From NCBI GenBank assembly GCA_964016885.1, contig OZ024746.1, positions 71,424,001 to 71,488,000 on the forward strand: a DNA stretch of 64,000 nucleotides, read 5' to 3'. Shown one piece after another: positions 15,611 to 29,132 of this stretch. A model generated the notes under the pieces. The model worked only from the letters and a program-made list of their open reading frames with translations, had not been told where the DNA came from and did no database searches. The DNA is from Eledone cirrhosa. Its lineage: Eukaryota. The position numbers and the translations under genes were made by a program. The stretch's first letter is position 1; each line of letters starts with the position of its first letter.

Positions 15611-15932
15611 TCTCATCCACATACAGACACATAGAGGCCATTTTAGCACAGGCTGGAGGCGGAGAAGAAAAAATAGGTAGAAAGTGTGAAAGAGTAGCAA
15701 GCCTCTTTAATGGCCATCAGTGATTGCCTCCCCTGCCAACGCTGCCACCTGCCATAACGTTTTAGATCGATGGTTAAAATGGCAGCCATTAATTTACGTG
15801 TCTTCTGAATAGTTTTGTGTCTCACTTGCTCCTTTACCATCTCTTCCTTCATTTCTTTCCCTTTTCTCTCTCCCACATCTCTCCCTTGCTCTATTTTTCT
15901 CTTTTCCTCTGTCCTAGTCTTTCCTCCTTCCT

Positions 15933-16001
<69 letters not shown>

Positions 16002-16326
16002 CTCTTCCATCTTCTATCTGTCTCTCTCCCTCTCCAAGTATGTTTGTTAATGTCACACCTATTCTTTTTCTGTTAGTATATTGGTTATTACTCTCTTCTC
16101 ACCCTCTCTCTGTTTCTTTCTCGCCGCGTATCTATTAATATGTATTTATTCGTCAATTTCTCACTCTGCTTCACTTTCACTCACTCCCTTATCTTCACAT
16201 ACATTCTCTCAGTCAATCACTCATTTACCCCTCTCTCTTTTAATTATTTCTATTTCTTTCAAATCCATCTTTTTATTGCATATACCCATATACACACAAC
16301 CATTCACAGATAGAAGCCACATATCC

Positions 16327-16488
<162 letters not shown>

Positions 16489-16552
16489 GCACATTTATTT
16501 ATACCTATATCTATCTATATCTATCTATCTATCTCTATATATATACATATAA

Positions 16553-16623
<71 letters not shown>

Positions 16624-16769
16624 CGTATGTGTGTCAGTCTGTCTGTATGTGTGTATGTGTGCATATATAAATAAATATATATATATATATAATAGAGTCA
16701 CACACGAACGATATAGTGAATGGAAATATTTTTCAACCAGTTGAGATTTAACCTTGCAAATCGAAGACA

Positions 16770-16990
16770 AAGCCTCCCTTTAGGTACGTTCAGATCTAAA
16801 ACTCAAAGCGAGTGAGAGAACTCCTATGATATCATCTGATCCAAATTTGGGGAGAAATTGTAGATCATACTGTAAGAATGCGCCATATTTTTATAGCCAA
16901 CATATAAATCCAATGGACTTGTTTCTATCTTGTCAGGTCTCATTAGCGATGCATATTCACTTTTAGCTGGCTGTACTTAGAGTGAATCAC
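16770..16990 (-). pseudogene. Possible highly decayed Ty3/gypsy RT remnant
   Basis: Manual translation gives QPAKSEYAS... and DDII..L...VLDL in shifted frames. Confidence 0.3.
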
Positions 16991-17314
16991 CAGTGATTAT
17001 GTGTATCAATATTGGGATGCAGGAAAAATACCTCAGAGGATCATTCTACTTGATATACTTGTATGTAGTAGAGTTTCGCATGCGGCGTGAGTTATATGCA
17101 CACATACACACATACACACACGCACACACACACTCAAACAGACACACACATACACACACCAACACATTCACACACGCACACACACACACAAATTGGGTGA
17201 GATAGAGAGAGAGAGGGGAGATTAGATACACATCAGAGTGGGTGTATAAAAAGATAAGAGAGAAAAAAGAGAAAATATTGAAATAAATAAATAAAGTATG
17301 GATGCGAAACTAAG

Positions 17315-17328
17315 CCACTAGATGGCGC
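17315..17328 (+). promoter_or_regulatory. CTCF-like motif CCACTAGATGGCGC
   Basis: Exact match to the CCASYAGRKGGCRS consensus. Confidence 0.5.
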
Positions 17329-17813
17329 CAACGTCCGTGCAACAGTAACACCAATATGGCAGAGTTTGCCAAAAGGTTGTTTTTAGTGGAGGCAAACTCT
17401 AAAACGTTTCATGCTTGAAGAAACAAGCTAACAATGATGAATTGCTCTAAGATTCGAACTTACCGCATCACTGCACAGAGTGCCGGCCGAAGCAAAATGG
17501 AAGTCACCTTGCCATTTGTATCGCCATCTTGGTCGGCTGTTTAATTTATGTCAGTCACGTGACGGAGCCAGCCAACCACAATTTTAAGCAGATCTGTGGT
17601 CAGTAATAAGCTTATAAAAATTGGTCGGTCTCTATGTGTGTATATGTGTATGCGTGTCTGTCTTGCTGTTTTTGTATATGTACACACACACACTCACACA
17701 CACACACAAGGACACATATATGTATGTGTGTAAGTTTCTGTATATGTGCTTGTACATCTATGTGAATGTCTGTGTATGAGTGTAGGAATGCATGTGAGCG
17801 TGTGTGCGTGTTT

Positions 17814-17851
<38 letters not shown>

Positions 17852-18137
17852 ACATATACATACAAGTGTAAACAGCCGACGTGTCTTTTGTTGCAGCGAT
17901 CGGAGTATCTCGTTTGTCTGCAACAAAACCCACCACTTGCGTAGTTTCATCAATTAGAATTTATAGTACTACTGTTGGACCAATTGTTTGACCAACTGAA
18001 CAACCTAGTCGATAAATTAACGTGCAAATGACTGAACATTTCATAGACAAGTAATTCACAGTGACATTCAAACTGAGACAGTGACAAGACTGGTCCTTTG
18101 AGTTACAAGTATAATACATTTGTTTTTGCTGATTTAA

Positions 18138-18309
18138 CCCTTTAGCATTTACATTACACTATATTTACTATTGTGGTAAACAAGAGATTTTCATGTTATT
18201 TATTTTGAGAACAATATCTTAACATCAGTATGAGCAGCCGGTTACAACCGGTCTGAACAGAAAAAGGTGAGAATTCTGGCTGGATATGACTGGTTTAAAG
18301 GCTAAAGGG
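18138..18309. mobile_element. piggyBac-type MITE
   Basis: TTAA|CCCTTTAGC ... GCTAAAGGG|TTAA. Confidence 0.75.
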
Positions 18310-19322
18310 TTAATAAAAGCACAGTGAAACAAAGTGTCTAGTTCAAGGGGATTTAACTCCCGAGTCTACGATCATCAGCCAAGCCTTCTAACCTCTAGTT
18401 ACGTGCCTTCACAAAGTGTAGTATAGATAGAGGTAATCGTAATTCTTCGGTACCCAATTCTACGGAGTCCCATGTTGAAAGAACTTGCGGTGATTAGTAT
18501 TGTCATATCGCCATACTGGTGGACATGATCCTCATCTTGAGAGCCCATGATGGGTTGGTTTGGCGCATCTAAAGAGATAGAGAATTGAGTTCAAAATATG
18601 GTCATACTCGACAGCAAGTCGAAAAAAAAATCATCAAGAATGATAGGTGTGTATATATGTAAGTAACTACTTGTTTGTGCATGAATATACAAACGCCTGC
18701 TTGTATATACACTCCTACCAATATATCACTGACGAAGGACTATTTTTATCATATGTAACCTATGTGCAACCACGCAGTATTCTTCTTTCTTCTCATGTTT
18801 TTTATATATATTCACCTCGGCTGCGTTTGTCTATTTCACTCTTACTGCTTCCCCGTTCTCTCTGTTTCTCTCACCTTCTTTCGCCCCTTCTGTCAGTTAC
18901 ACTTTCTCTCGACTGACCGCTTCCTCGCACTTCCACTCACTCACTCTCTGTTTCTCCCCTTCTCACTTCCTCCCGTTTGGCTAACAGTGGGCCTCTTCTT
19001 GCTTACATCCCACTCACGCTGGACGTGTCTGTACCTTTCGCTCATGAAATCCACCCGGCTTATGCTGACCAGGACTACCAATGTTGCTTGTTTATTTCAT
19101 TTCTTTGGTTTGCTTTTATCCTTCTATGTTGTTCACTTGTCCCCCTCGCTTTACGCGATTTACTGGTCCCAATAACTTTTTTTAGTTATTGCTCGCACCA
19201 ACCTGAGGTATCTGATTTTTAATGCGATGAAATACCAATGATGGTTGGAAAATCACTGACGAAGGACTATTTTTATCATATGTAACCCATGTGCAAACCA
19301 CGCAGTATTCTTCTTTCTTCTC

Positions 19323-19360
<38 letters not shown>

Positions 19361-19507
19361 CAAACAACCAAACCGAGCATTATAATAAATGTTCGGTAAA
19401 CCGATACGTGCATATATATATATGTGTACATGTATGTATATATATATACATACTACTGTACGTCTGTATACATATATGTATGTACGTATACGTACATACA
19501 TACTTAC

Positions 19508-19542
<35 letters not shown>

Positions 19543-19755
19543 GAACGATCGACTTTCGTCAAATCGGACCGAGGAAACAATGTTTCCGTTGGTCTTTCCA
19601 ATTGCTAATACTATCTATCGGTCGCAACTCCAGGTAGAAGGAGCAACGTGAAATAAAGTGTCTTGCTCAAGGACATAACGCATCGCCCGGTCCAGGAATT
19701 GAACTCCCAACCTCACGATTGCGAATCCAGTTCTCTAACCACTCAGCCACACGCC

Positions 19756-20024
<269 letters not shown>

Positions 20025-20136
20025 GTATATATATGTAGGAGGTGAGTTTTATTGTAGTACAATAAAGCAATGCAGATATGTTGATTTAAAACTGCACTAT
20101 CCACAAGTGTTTTTTAGCCTTCATATCATGTTCTCC

Positions 20137-20207
20137 TGTTTTATCTGATGAAAACACAAATATTATTGCATGATGATGTTTGGTTTTGAAATGCGCATAA
20201 TAAAATA
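20137..20207 (+). ncRNA. Type I hammerhead ribozyme, solo copy of the 47-kb pLTR family (element ~20076-20240)
   Basis: TGTTTTAT-CTGATGA-stem II-GAA-ATGCGCAT-A-ATAAAATA; flanks match 46993-47157. Confidence 0.82.
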
Positions 20208-20610
20208 CATGGAACTCCTTTAACCATCTTTTGATCTTATATTATATGTATATATATATATATATTGTAAACACAAATTGCATAAAACCTTCCTGTATTA
20301 CAGCCCTACATTATATCCTAACGGAGAGTACGGGCAACATGCAGATAATATATGTCATGATGTGGTTAGCTAAGTATACAATTATTTATACAATTATTTA
20401 TTTGTATATGTATGTACACCTTAACTGTATGTTTGTGTTTGTACGTATATTTTACGTATGCATTTATGTGTGTATGTGATGTGTTATACGTATATATATG
20501 TATGTGAGTATGTATATATGTGTATGTGTATATATATATATATATATATGTATGTGAGTATGTATGTATGTGCGTGTGTGTGTATATATATATGTATATA
20601 TATGTATATG

Positions 20611-20686
<76 letters not shown>

Positions 20687-20809
20687 AAAGTTTTATTTAA
20701 AATTGTTGGGTTACAACAAGTAAATATTTTATAACTGATATAAAGCACTCAACAAGTTTTGGAGTAGATCTACGATATTAAACAAATGGAAACTATATTT
20801 ATAAAACCA

Positions 20810-20885
20810 TATTTATTTCATTATACATATTTCGGGGATACCATATTAAAAATATGGCATGCCTTCTTCAGATAAAATACAATAT
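20810..20885 (-). ncRNA. Type I hammerhead ribozyme, second copy of the 6.3-kb family (element ~20684-20925)
   Basis: Reverse complement reads TATTTTAT-CTGAAGA-AGGCATGCCATATT...AATATGGTATCCCC-GAAATATGTATA-ATGAAATA; differs from the 6.3-kb copy at free core position 7. Confidence 0.75.
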
Positions 20886-20984
20886 ATAAACAGTTTTATA
20901 AATAATTTTGACGTACCATAAATATTGATCAACTTTTATGTATGTATGTGTGTGTGTATGTGTGCGTGTATATATGTGTATAGA

Positions 20985-21625
20985 CTGAAAGTTGCTTCAT
21001 AAGATTGTAGCCAGATTTGCTCACGAACCCTCTGGTTCCAACTTCTCTGGCGAGAACTTTGACGCAGAAGTTGGCTTCCTTCAGACTATTGGTCAAACTG
21101 GCGTATTTTTCGGTCTTAAATACGTGTGCTTCTTTTATTCTCCTTTGAAATGGTAGGGTGTGTTCAATCAAAACCAGGTGTTTTGATGAACAGGAATGGA
21201 GTTCTGGTGATTTCTGGTTGTTTTGCTGACCCCGACAAGACTGCTGTACACTCCCAGTTGTCCACAATACTCAGAGGATTCGGTTCCTGTGTCCCGTATG
21301 GCATAGCCCTTCCTGATCATGATTTGCCGCCTCCTGTCGTATAGAATCTTGTTGGAGATTCTCGTACTACGGGTTTTACTTTTGTCGCACTTATCATATG
21401 TATGATCTCCTTAAGCACTTGCTTGTGCCACTACGTATACCTTCTTTGAGATAGTGCTACTCTGCATGAGCTCGGAATGTGTTCCACTGTCTGTCTACCC
21501 TGGCAGAGGGGATGCTCGGCGTTATCTGATTTGCTCCACTTCACTAGATTCGTATTCGTGGGCAGGAGATCATAGATAGATCCGAGAAGAAAAGTGATTC
21601 TAAGAGGCACGACATGCCACAGGTC
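20985..21625 (-). pseudogene. C-terminal remnant of an RLE-type non-LTR retrotransposon (Hero/NeSL-like): zinc knuckle plus restriction-like endonuclease
   Basis: PLCQGRQTVEHIPSSCRVALSQRRYT*WHKQVLK and HLVLIEHTLPF..EAHVFKTEKY..EVGTRGF. Confidence 0.8.
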
Positions 21626-21636
21626 ATATATATGTA

Positions 21637-21726
<90 letters not shown>

Positions 21727-21766
21727 TAGAAACACACGCATATATATATATATATATATATATATA

Positions 21767-21959
21767 GGAACGAGTAGGACCCCGACGGCTGAGCTCAAGT
21801 CGTTTCGACGGCTAATTCAGAATTGAGAATTAGCCGTCGAAACGGCTTGAGCTCAGCCGTCGGGGACCTACTCGTTCCTATTACCCACTCTACTACCCTA
21901 AGTATTGAGTACTTTGGTGCGTTATGGTCCACCTGGTTCCTTACCACATTTCCTCCGTT
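21767..21959. mobile_element. Same family, foldback copy in (TA)n
   Basis: Shared sequence with 5033-5301; inverted short arm. Confidence 0.8.
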
Positions 21960-21977
21960 ATATATATATATATATAT

Positions 21978-23685
21978 AAGAGAGTATTGAAGTTTGCTTG
22001 AAGCATTGTGGAACAATAAGTAAATATCTTTAAGTCGTTAGGAAGCCCCCACAATGCAAATGGGTAAATCTCCGAGTAACAAGGTCCGGTGGTGGAGAGA
22101 GAGATGTAATTGGGTATACGTTGAGATGCGTGGTGTGTATAAGATGTGTGAGATGTGTAGAATGAAGGGAAGAGTATAAAGGATAAAATAAAAATAACAA
22201 CACAAGAGAGAGTTACCTTGGGAGAGATTTAATAGTCCCTATATATTTCGGATTCACATGCATCAACTGGGTTTTTTTTCCGGGGTGGGGGAAAAGGTTG
22301 TCTGTCGCACAAGTCCGGAACGCGTCCTTCGCTGTTTGTTGTTTTGAATATCTGGGGTATTCGGCAGAGAGCGCGTGCGCGTGAAATGGGGTCGGTCGTA
22401 CAGAGGTCAGCGGCCGAATGAGGGAGTGGGATGGCGCTAGCTGTCAGTCCTCTCTCTGCCTGTTAGTTAAATGTTACTGTGCGTGTGTGTGCGTGTGTTG
22501 TTGTCTCGCTTGAGTGTGTGTGTGTGTGCGTGTGTTGTTGCCTTGTTCCTCTTTATTGGCAGTGTAGTATGTTCGTATGGTGGAATGCTACTGTGTGTGT
22601 GTGCGTGTGTGTGTGTAGTTGTCTCGTTTGCGTGTGTGCGTGTGTTGTGTGTTGTTGCATCGCTTGTTAACTTAAACCAGCCATCTCATTTCGCTTCTCT
22701 CTGATCGGTTGTTTATTTGCGGTCGCAGTCGTTTGATAAAAAGCGCCAACGTTTCTTTCAGTCGCTAGAATTGTGACAACGGGCCTTCCGTCTTTGTTTC
22801 CGCATTTGTCTATGTGTTTCCGGAAAGACGAGGCCCTGGTTTTAATGTGTTCCTTGATCCGGATGTGCAAAGGTCGAATTGTGCTACCTATGTAGTATTG
22901 GTTGCACCTGTCACATTCTATCTTATACACGACGTATGTGCGTAGGCAACAGTTCGCATGGCGTATTGGGCAGTCTCTGAGGGAGCATGCGTCAGTAGAT
23001 TTTTTCGGGTTTCCTGGAGAGGCATCTTCGTAGGGAGGGGCCCGAGTGGGCCAGGTGGATGAGGAGGCCCTCCCTCCGTATAGCCTTGCGGATAGCGTTG
23101 GTGGTTTTCTCGCCCAGGTGTGGCATTTTAAGGAAGCACTTGCCTTGGGTGCTTCTCTGTCTCTTGCGTCTGGTGTCTCCTATTCTGTCTGTGATCGAGG
23201 TAGGGTACCCGTTCGTCTCCAGCACCTCGAGGAATCGCTTGGTATGAGTGACACCACTCGCGGGATCGCTGCATCTGTTTTTGATTCGCGCGATCTCGTT
23301 CGTGATGTATCCTCTTTTGGCACTGTTAGGGAGGGCAGACTTGTAGTGAACGAATAGGTCCCTGCAGGCTGCCTTTCGGTAGAAGTTGCAGTGGATCCTT
23401 CCCCGTTTCGTGATGTTGATTCGGAAGTCGAGGAGGGCAAGTTGATGGATGTGAATCCGAAATATATAGGGACTATTAAATCTCTTCCAAGGTAACTCTC
23501 TCTTGTGTTGTTATTTTTATTTTATCCTTTATACTCTTACCTTCATTCTACACATCTCACACATCTTATACACACCACGCATCTCAACGTACACCCACTT
23601 ACATCTCTCTCTCCACCACCGGACCTTGTTACTCGGAGATTTACCCATTTGCATTGTCGAGGCTTCCAAACGACTTAAAGATATT

Positions 23686-23688
<3 letters not shown>
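21978..23688 (-). mobile_element. 5'-truncated Penelope-like retroelement with inverted pLTR, inserted in (TA)n
   Basis: RT thumb (LLDFRINI..FYRK..FVHYKSALP..NGYP), Cys linker and GIY-YIG (VVYKIECDRCNQYYIGSTIRPLHIRIKEH). 23440-23688 is an inverted copy of ~22020-22268. Confidence 0.9.
22667..23440 (-). pseudogene. PLE RT-thumb/GIY-YIG endonuclease fragment (frameshifted)
   Basis: ORF track pieces 22667-22930 and 22992-23225, plus manual translation. Confidence 0.85.
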
Positions 23689-23728
<40 letters not shown>

Positions 23729-24482
23729 TATGAACTATTGAAGTGCTTGATGACTTGAAATTTGAAAATGGGGGAATCTCAAACGCAGAAAATATCTGTA
23801 ACGATAGTCGATCACTATAAATAATAGCTATATCTGTATTTCACCCAACTTTCTAAGCTATTACTTACAGCTATCTACTACTGTTACCGTTATTTTCTGC
23901 GTTTGGGTTCTCCACTTTTCGTGAGTGTGTATATATATATATATGTGTGTATATATATATAAAAATTAGAAGAAACAAGGAACTGTGTGGTTACTTGATA
24001 AAGTGTATTTAGAAGTAAAAGGAAAACACAAACAAGGGACAGGTCCTCTTTTCAGCTGTCTGCTGGAGTTTACTGGCATTTCAACGCATTAAAGACAATA
24101 TGTCTATCTCCAGTGCGTCACTAATTTCAGCGGCATCGATCCCACTTGCCCGGAAAACCTATAAGGGCCATGGACACTGCCCCATCCTCCAAACTTACCA
24201 AACAAAGAAGATAAAACATACTTAACTATATCTAAATAGGCTCACTAAGGGATTGAACTCAAGACGAACAGCTACACAAGCACACCTAACACAACACCAA
24301 CAATTATATCGACTCTGCTATTGTCATGAGTTCATTACTTCGTGTATAACCAATACACAAGAATAAGTTTGCATGTGTGTGGTCGCGATTTGGTGTGTTG
24401 ATCTTGTCTCGTATTGTATACACACACACATATACATACATATATATATATATATGTATGTATGTATCTATCTATCTATCTA

Positions 24483-24601
<119 letters not shown>

Positions 24602-24993
24602 TATATATATATATATATATACGTATATACAATATCTATGTATCATTATGTATGTGGGGATTAGGGGGAGAAGAGAGGTATTGTGTTTATACATCCATAT
24701 GGTCCTGGGTTGTATCACACGTGTTTCTGAATGGTTGCGTAAGTACATCTGTTTGTGCACATCTCCATATGTATATATATATATATATATACATATATAC
24801 ATACATACATACACACACAAACACACATATATATATGTGTATGTATATATGTGTATATGTATATATGAGTACACACATATATGTATGTGTATATATACAC
24901 ACATACATATGTACATACACACACATACACGTAATCACGCACACACATATGTAAGAATGGTGTTCCGTTAAAGAATGGAGAGGAACCTCAATG

Positions 24994-25037
<44 letters not shown>

Positions 25038-25258
25038 GTACATATGTGCGTGTGTGTATGTATGTGTGCAGAATATCTGTCTGTTTGTGTGTGTATGAAA
25101 GCGTGGGTGAGGCTGTAAAATTGTAATTGTGCGTGGGTGTGTTTTTCTTACCCGCCTGCGTTTGTTTACAAGCAGTTATTATATCTCCAGGCGTGTCAAC
25201 AGGATGACCCCCCCCCCTTTCTCACACACAAAAATACACACATATATATATATATATT

Positions 25259-25325
<67 letters not shown>

Positions 25326-25327
<2 letters not shown>

Positions 25328-25709
25328 CGAAGGAGATGTGGTAAGGAACCAGATGGACCATAACGCACCAGAGTACTCAATACTTAGGGTAGTAGAGTGG
25401 GTAATAGGAAAAAGTATGACCCCCCCCCCCGCCGACGGCAGAGCTCAAGCCGTTTCGATGGCTCCACTCACTCCCTCATTGTTCTACAGGCAAGTTCAGC
25501 CACCCCTACCTCCCACCATTTGCCATGATAGACTTACTTGTGTTTACAACAAATTCTGACCAATCCTCTTGACAACTACAATCTTCCCATATAAGGAAGT
25601 ACCCCTTGATAAGTTCGGCTATATATTTACCAGGCTAAAAATTCTAATTTAGTCCAGAAATAGCCGTCGAAACGGCTTGAGCTCTGCCGTCGGGGTCATA
25701 CTTTTTCCT
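25326..25709. mobile_element. Same family, longest copy (contains the whole HHR)
   Basis: Minus arm 25326-~25463, plus arm to 25709; TA flanks. Confidence 0.8.
25601..25696 (+). ncRNA. Hammerhead ribozyme with U3-A8 core variant
   Basis: Stem I ACCCC/GGGGT; core TTGATAA (25606-25612); stem II CGGCTAT/ATAGCCG closed by G-C; GAAA (25669-25672); stem III ACGGC...GCCGT; GUC site at 25691. Confidence 0.65.
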
Positions 25710-25724
25710 ATATATATATATATA

Positions 25725-25937
25725 AGGCGTGTGGCTGGGTGGTTAGAGAATTGGATTCGCAATCGTAAGGTTGTGAGTTCGGTCCCTGGACCAGGCGATG
25801 CGTTATGTCCTTGAGCAAGACACTTTATTTCACGTTGCTCCTTCTACCTGGAGTTGCGACCGATAGATAGTATTAGCAATTGGTAAAACCAACGGAAACA
25901 TTGTTCCCTCGGTCCGATTTGACGAAAGTCAATCGTT

Positions 25938-25941
<4 letters not shown>
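25725..25941 (+). mobile_element. tRNA-derived CORE-like SINE; second copy at 19539-19757 (-), decayed head at ~56400-56495 (-)
   Basis: A-box TGGCTGGGTGG, B-box GAGTTCG, TCCTTGAGCAAGACACTT core; inserted in TA/CA tracts. Confidence 0.75.
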
Positions 25942-26013
<72 letters not shown>

Positions 26014-26338
26014 CGTTTATGAATTTGTTTAGCAAGATTCTTTATCTGAAATCGTGTGTTGAAACCGATATTGTTATACTTTGGGAGGGTCATGTTGCCA
26101 ATAAGAAACACACGCACCAGTTGCTTTCACTTCAATTTATTATATATTTATAAATTTATAAATTTACAAATCTACAAATTTACAAATTTATAAATTTCTG
26201 GTTGGTTGGTTGGTTCCACAACCAGATAGTTGTTTATATATATAGTCATAGTCCTTTCGTCACACACTCTGTGACCTCTTCAGTGACTGGGGATTCCTTT
26301 CTTCGTTTCTGTGCCTTTCCTTTCTTCTATCCTACGCC

Positions 26339-26381
<43 letters not shown>

Positions 26382-27390
26382 GAATCATGCAAATTCCCAC
26401 CAGACCATGTCTCAATCTCTCCCATTCCATCTTCCCATTCTCCCTTTATGGTATTTGCTCCGGCTCTCAGCGCTCTCAGTTCAAATCCCGTTGAGATCAA
26501 CTTTACCTATCATCCTTTCGACGTCGATAAATAAAAGCACCAGTCTAGTTCTGTGTCGATTCTTCCTCTATATATCTCTTTCTCATTTCTTTTATTTTCT
26601 ATCATTCTCTGGAAGAGATCTGCTGTACTCAGGCCTAGTGTTGGGGTGGACTCCGCCAGGCTTAAAATGTCCAAGGAAACACCGTTTGTCTCTACGTCAC
26701 CCATATAACTCTATCAGGAGTCACGGGACGATACCATACTGTGATTTTAGTGCAGTTTGGCTGCTATTTCAGTGGAGTGACACAAAAGACTTATTTACTG
26801 TGTCATTGCTGTTGGCCATACAATAGCCTATAATGAAAGGTATTCCACCAGTGGCCATCCTGCACTTTCCTATATTTAAGTAGAGATTGCTTTTAAGCGG
26901 ATAGAAAGTATTTTGAGGGCGTTAGAGTGACCATTTCTAAGGAATGATTCGAAAGACTCACTCACTGAGTCGTTGCAGCTATTGCTATTATTGCTAGCCA
27001 TAAACAAACTTATAATGATAGGCGTTCCAGCTATGGCTATATCCTAATGTTCTATATAGCGTAATCCGATTAAAAAATTTTTTTTTTTTAAAACTTTTTT
27101 TTAAGAGGGTAGAGTTGGATTTTAGACAGATTTGACTGCTATTTCTAGCGGGTTTAGAGACCATTTGAAGGTCAAATCACTAATTTGCTGTTTTTGTAAA
27201 GCATTTCTAAAAACTCATCTCCATTCTCCCCGACTTCCCCTCCATGTCTCACTTGTTTTTCTTCTTTTGGTCTCTTTTACTCGCACTTTCTCGGTCTTTC
27301 ACTTCCCCTCTCTCTTTCTTTCTCTCTCTCTGTCTCTCTCTCAGTCTCTGTCTGTCTCTCTATCTATCTCAGTCGATCTCTCTCCCCCCC

Positions 27391-27460
<70 letters not shown>

Positions 27461-27778
27461 CTATCTGTCTGTCTATTTGTCTCTCCGTTTCTAACACTAT
27501 TGCCCTCCTTCATCATAAGTTTCTTTGTCGTTCAATGCCACACATCTCTCTTCTAAAAACCTCCACCTTCTACTTTATCCTCCTTTTTTCCACATTCACA
27601 TCATCGTCCCTTCTATTTTCAAACTCACACTCTCCCCCTCTCTCTCTCTCAACACATACACACATTCTCTCTTTCCCATTCACACTCGCCCTCTCAATCT
27701 AATGTACAGGCTCTCCTCTAATTTTCTCAGTACACTCACTTTCTTTCTTTCTTTCTCTCTCTCTCTCCATCTCTCTCT

Positions 27779-27834
<56 letters not shown>

Positions 27835-28192
27835 ACCTTTCACGGTTACACACATGGTTATACACACGGACACTAACACATAAACACACGCATGGACACA
27901 CGTACACACGTTCTACCTGGCCCTCACCCACTCTCCCTACTCTCTCTGATCCTTTCACCACTGGTTTCTGCGTCACACACCGACCATGATGTCATTTGAT
28001 CGCTGGCTCGGGCAATTCGAAGGTAGGTGACGGTCAGAGGAGGTGAGAAGGGGTTTGGCTGAAAAGGGTGAATGGGGCGGGGTACGGTGAGGTAGGGTTG
28101 TTTGTGGTTGGGTGGAGCCGGTAAGGAGCAACGTTCACCCCCCCCCCAACGACACCTTCACATACACCACCATCATCTCCTCTACCAGAACC

Positions 28193-28223
<31 letters not shown>

Positions 28224-28452
28224 CAACCAACACATACTCAACCCCTCCTCCATACACCACTTTCCCGTCCCTTCAGTCCCTACAAACAGCCCTCCTCCCT
28301 TTCCCCCCCAACGAACTCCCTACACTCCCCTACTCATGTCCGCCACTAGGCACTAACAAATTAATTAGGGAATAACACGAGTGGTCTGCAGATGGGGTCT
28401 CTGGTATACATATGTATATGCATAGGCGTGTGTGTGTATGAGTGTATGTATA

Positions 28453-28532
<80 letters not shown>

Positions 28533-28757
28533 TATACATATATATATGTATATATGCACAATTATGTATTGTATACGTATTTATTTTCGTATGTTTGTAT
28601 ACGTGTTTCTGTCTCTCTCACTATATATATATATATATACATGTATATACATATATATATACACATACACACACACACTCTCTCTCCCACATACACAAAT
28701 ATATATATATATATATATATGCATATATATATATATTTGTGTGTGTATATAAAATAT

Positions 28758-28805
<48 letters not shown>

Positions 28806-29132
28806 ATGGCAAGGCATGCGGCCCCTTACACCACCCTAACACCTCATTTCCTCGATTTTCGACGTCAGACATCTTGGCTCAGCTAAATATGGTTCAAGGG
28901 GTCACCTGGTTCTTACTTTTTGCTATTGCTGTCATTGTTGTTACCGCCATGGGTTTCTCATTCTTTCTGGTTGTTGTTGTACAATAGTTATCAAGATAGT
29001 GGAGGTAATAATTCTTGTATTGCTGCTGTTGTTGTTTTTATTGACGAGTGGTTGTGCTGTTGTTTCTGTCGTTGCTGTTTGTTGTTATCATCGTTATTCC
29101 TGGTTTTCTTATTGCTACTGTTGTTACTTTTC

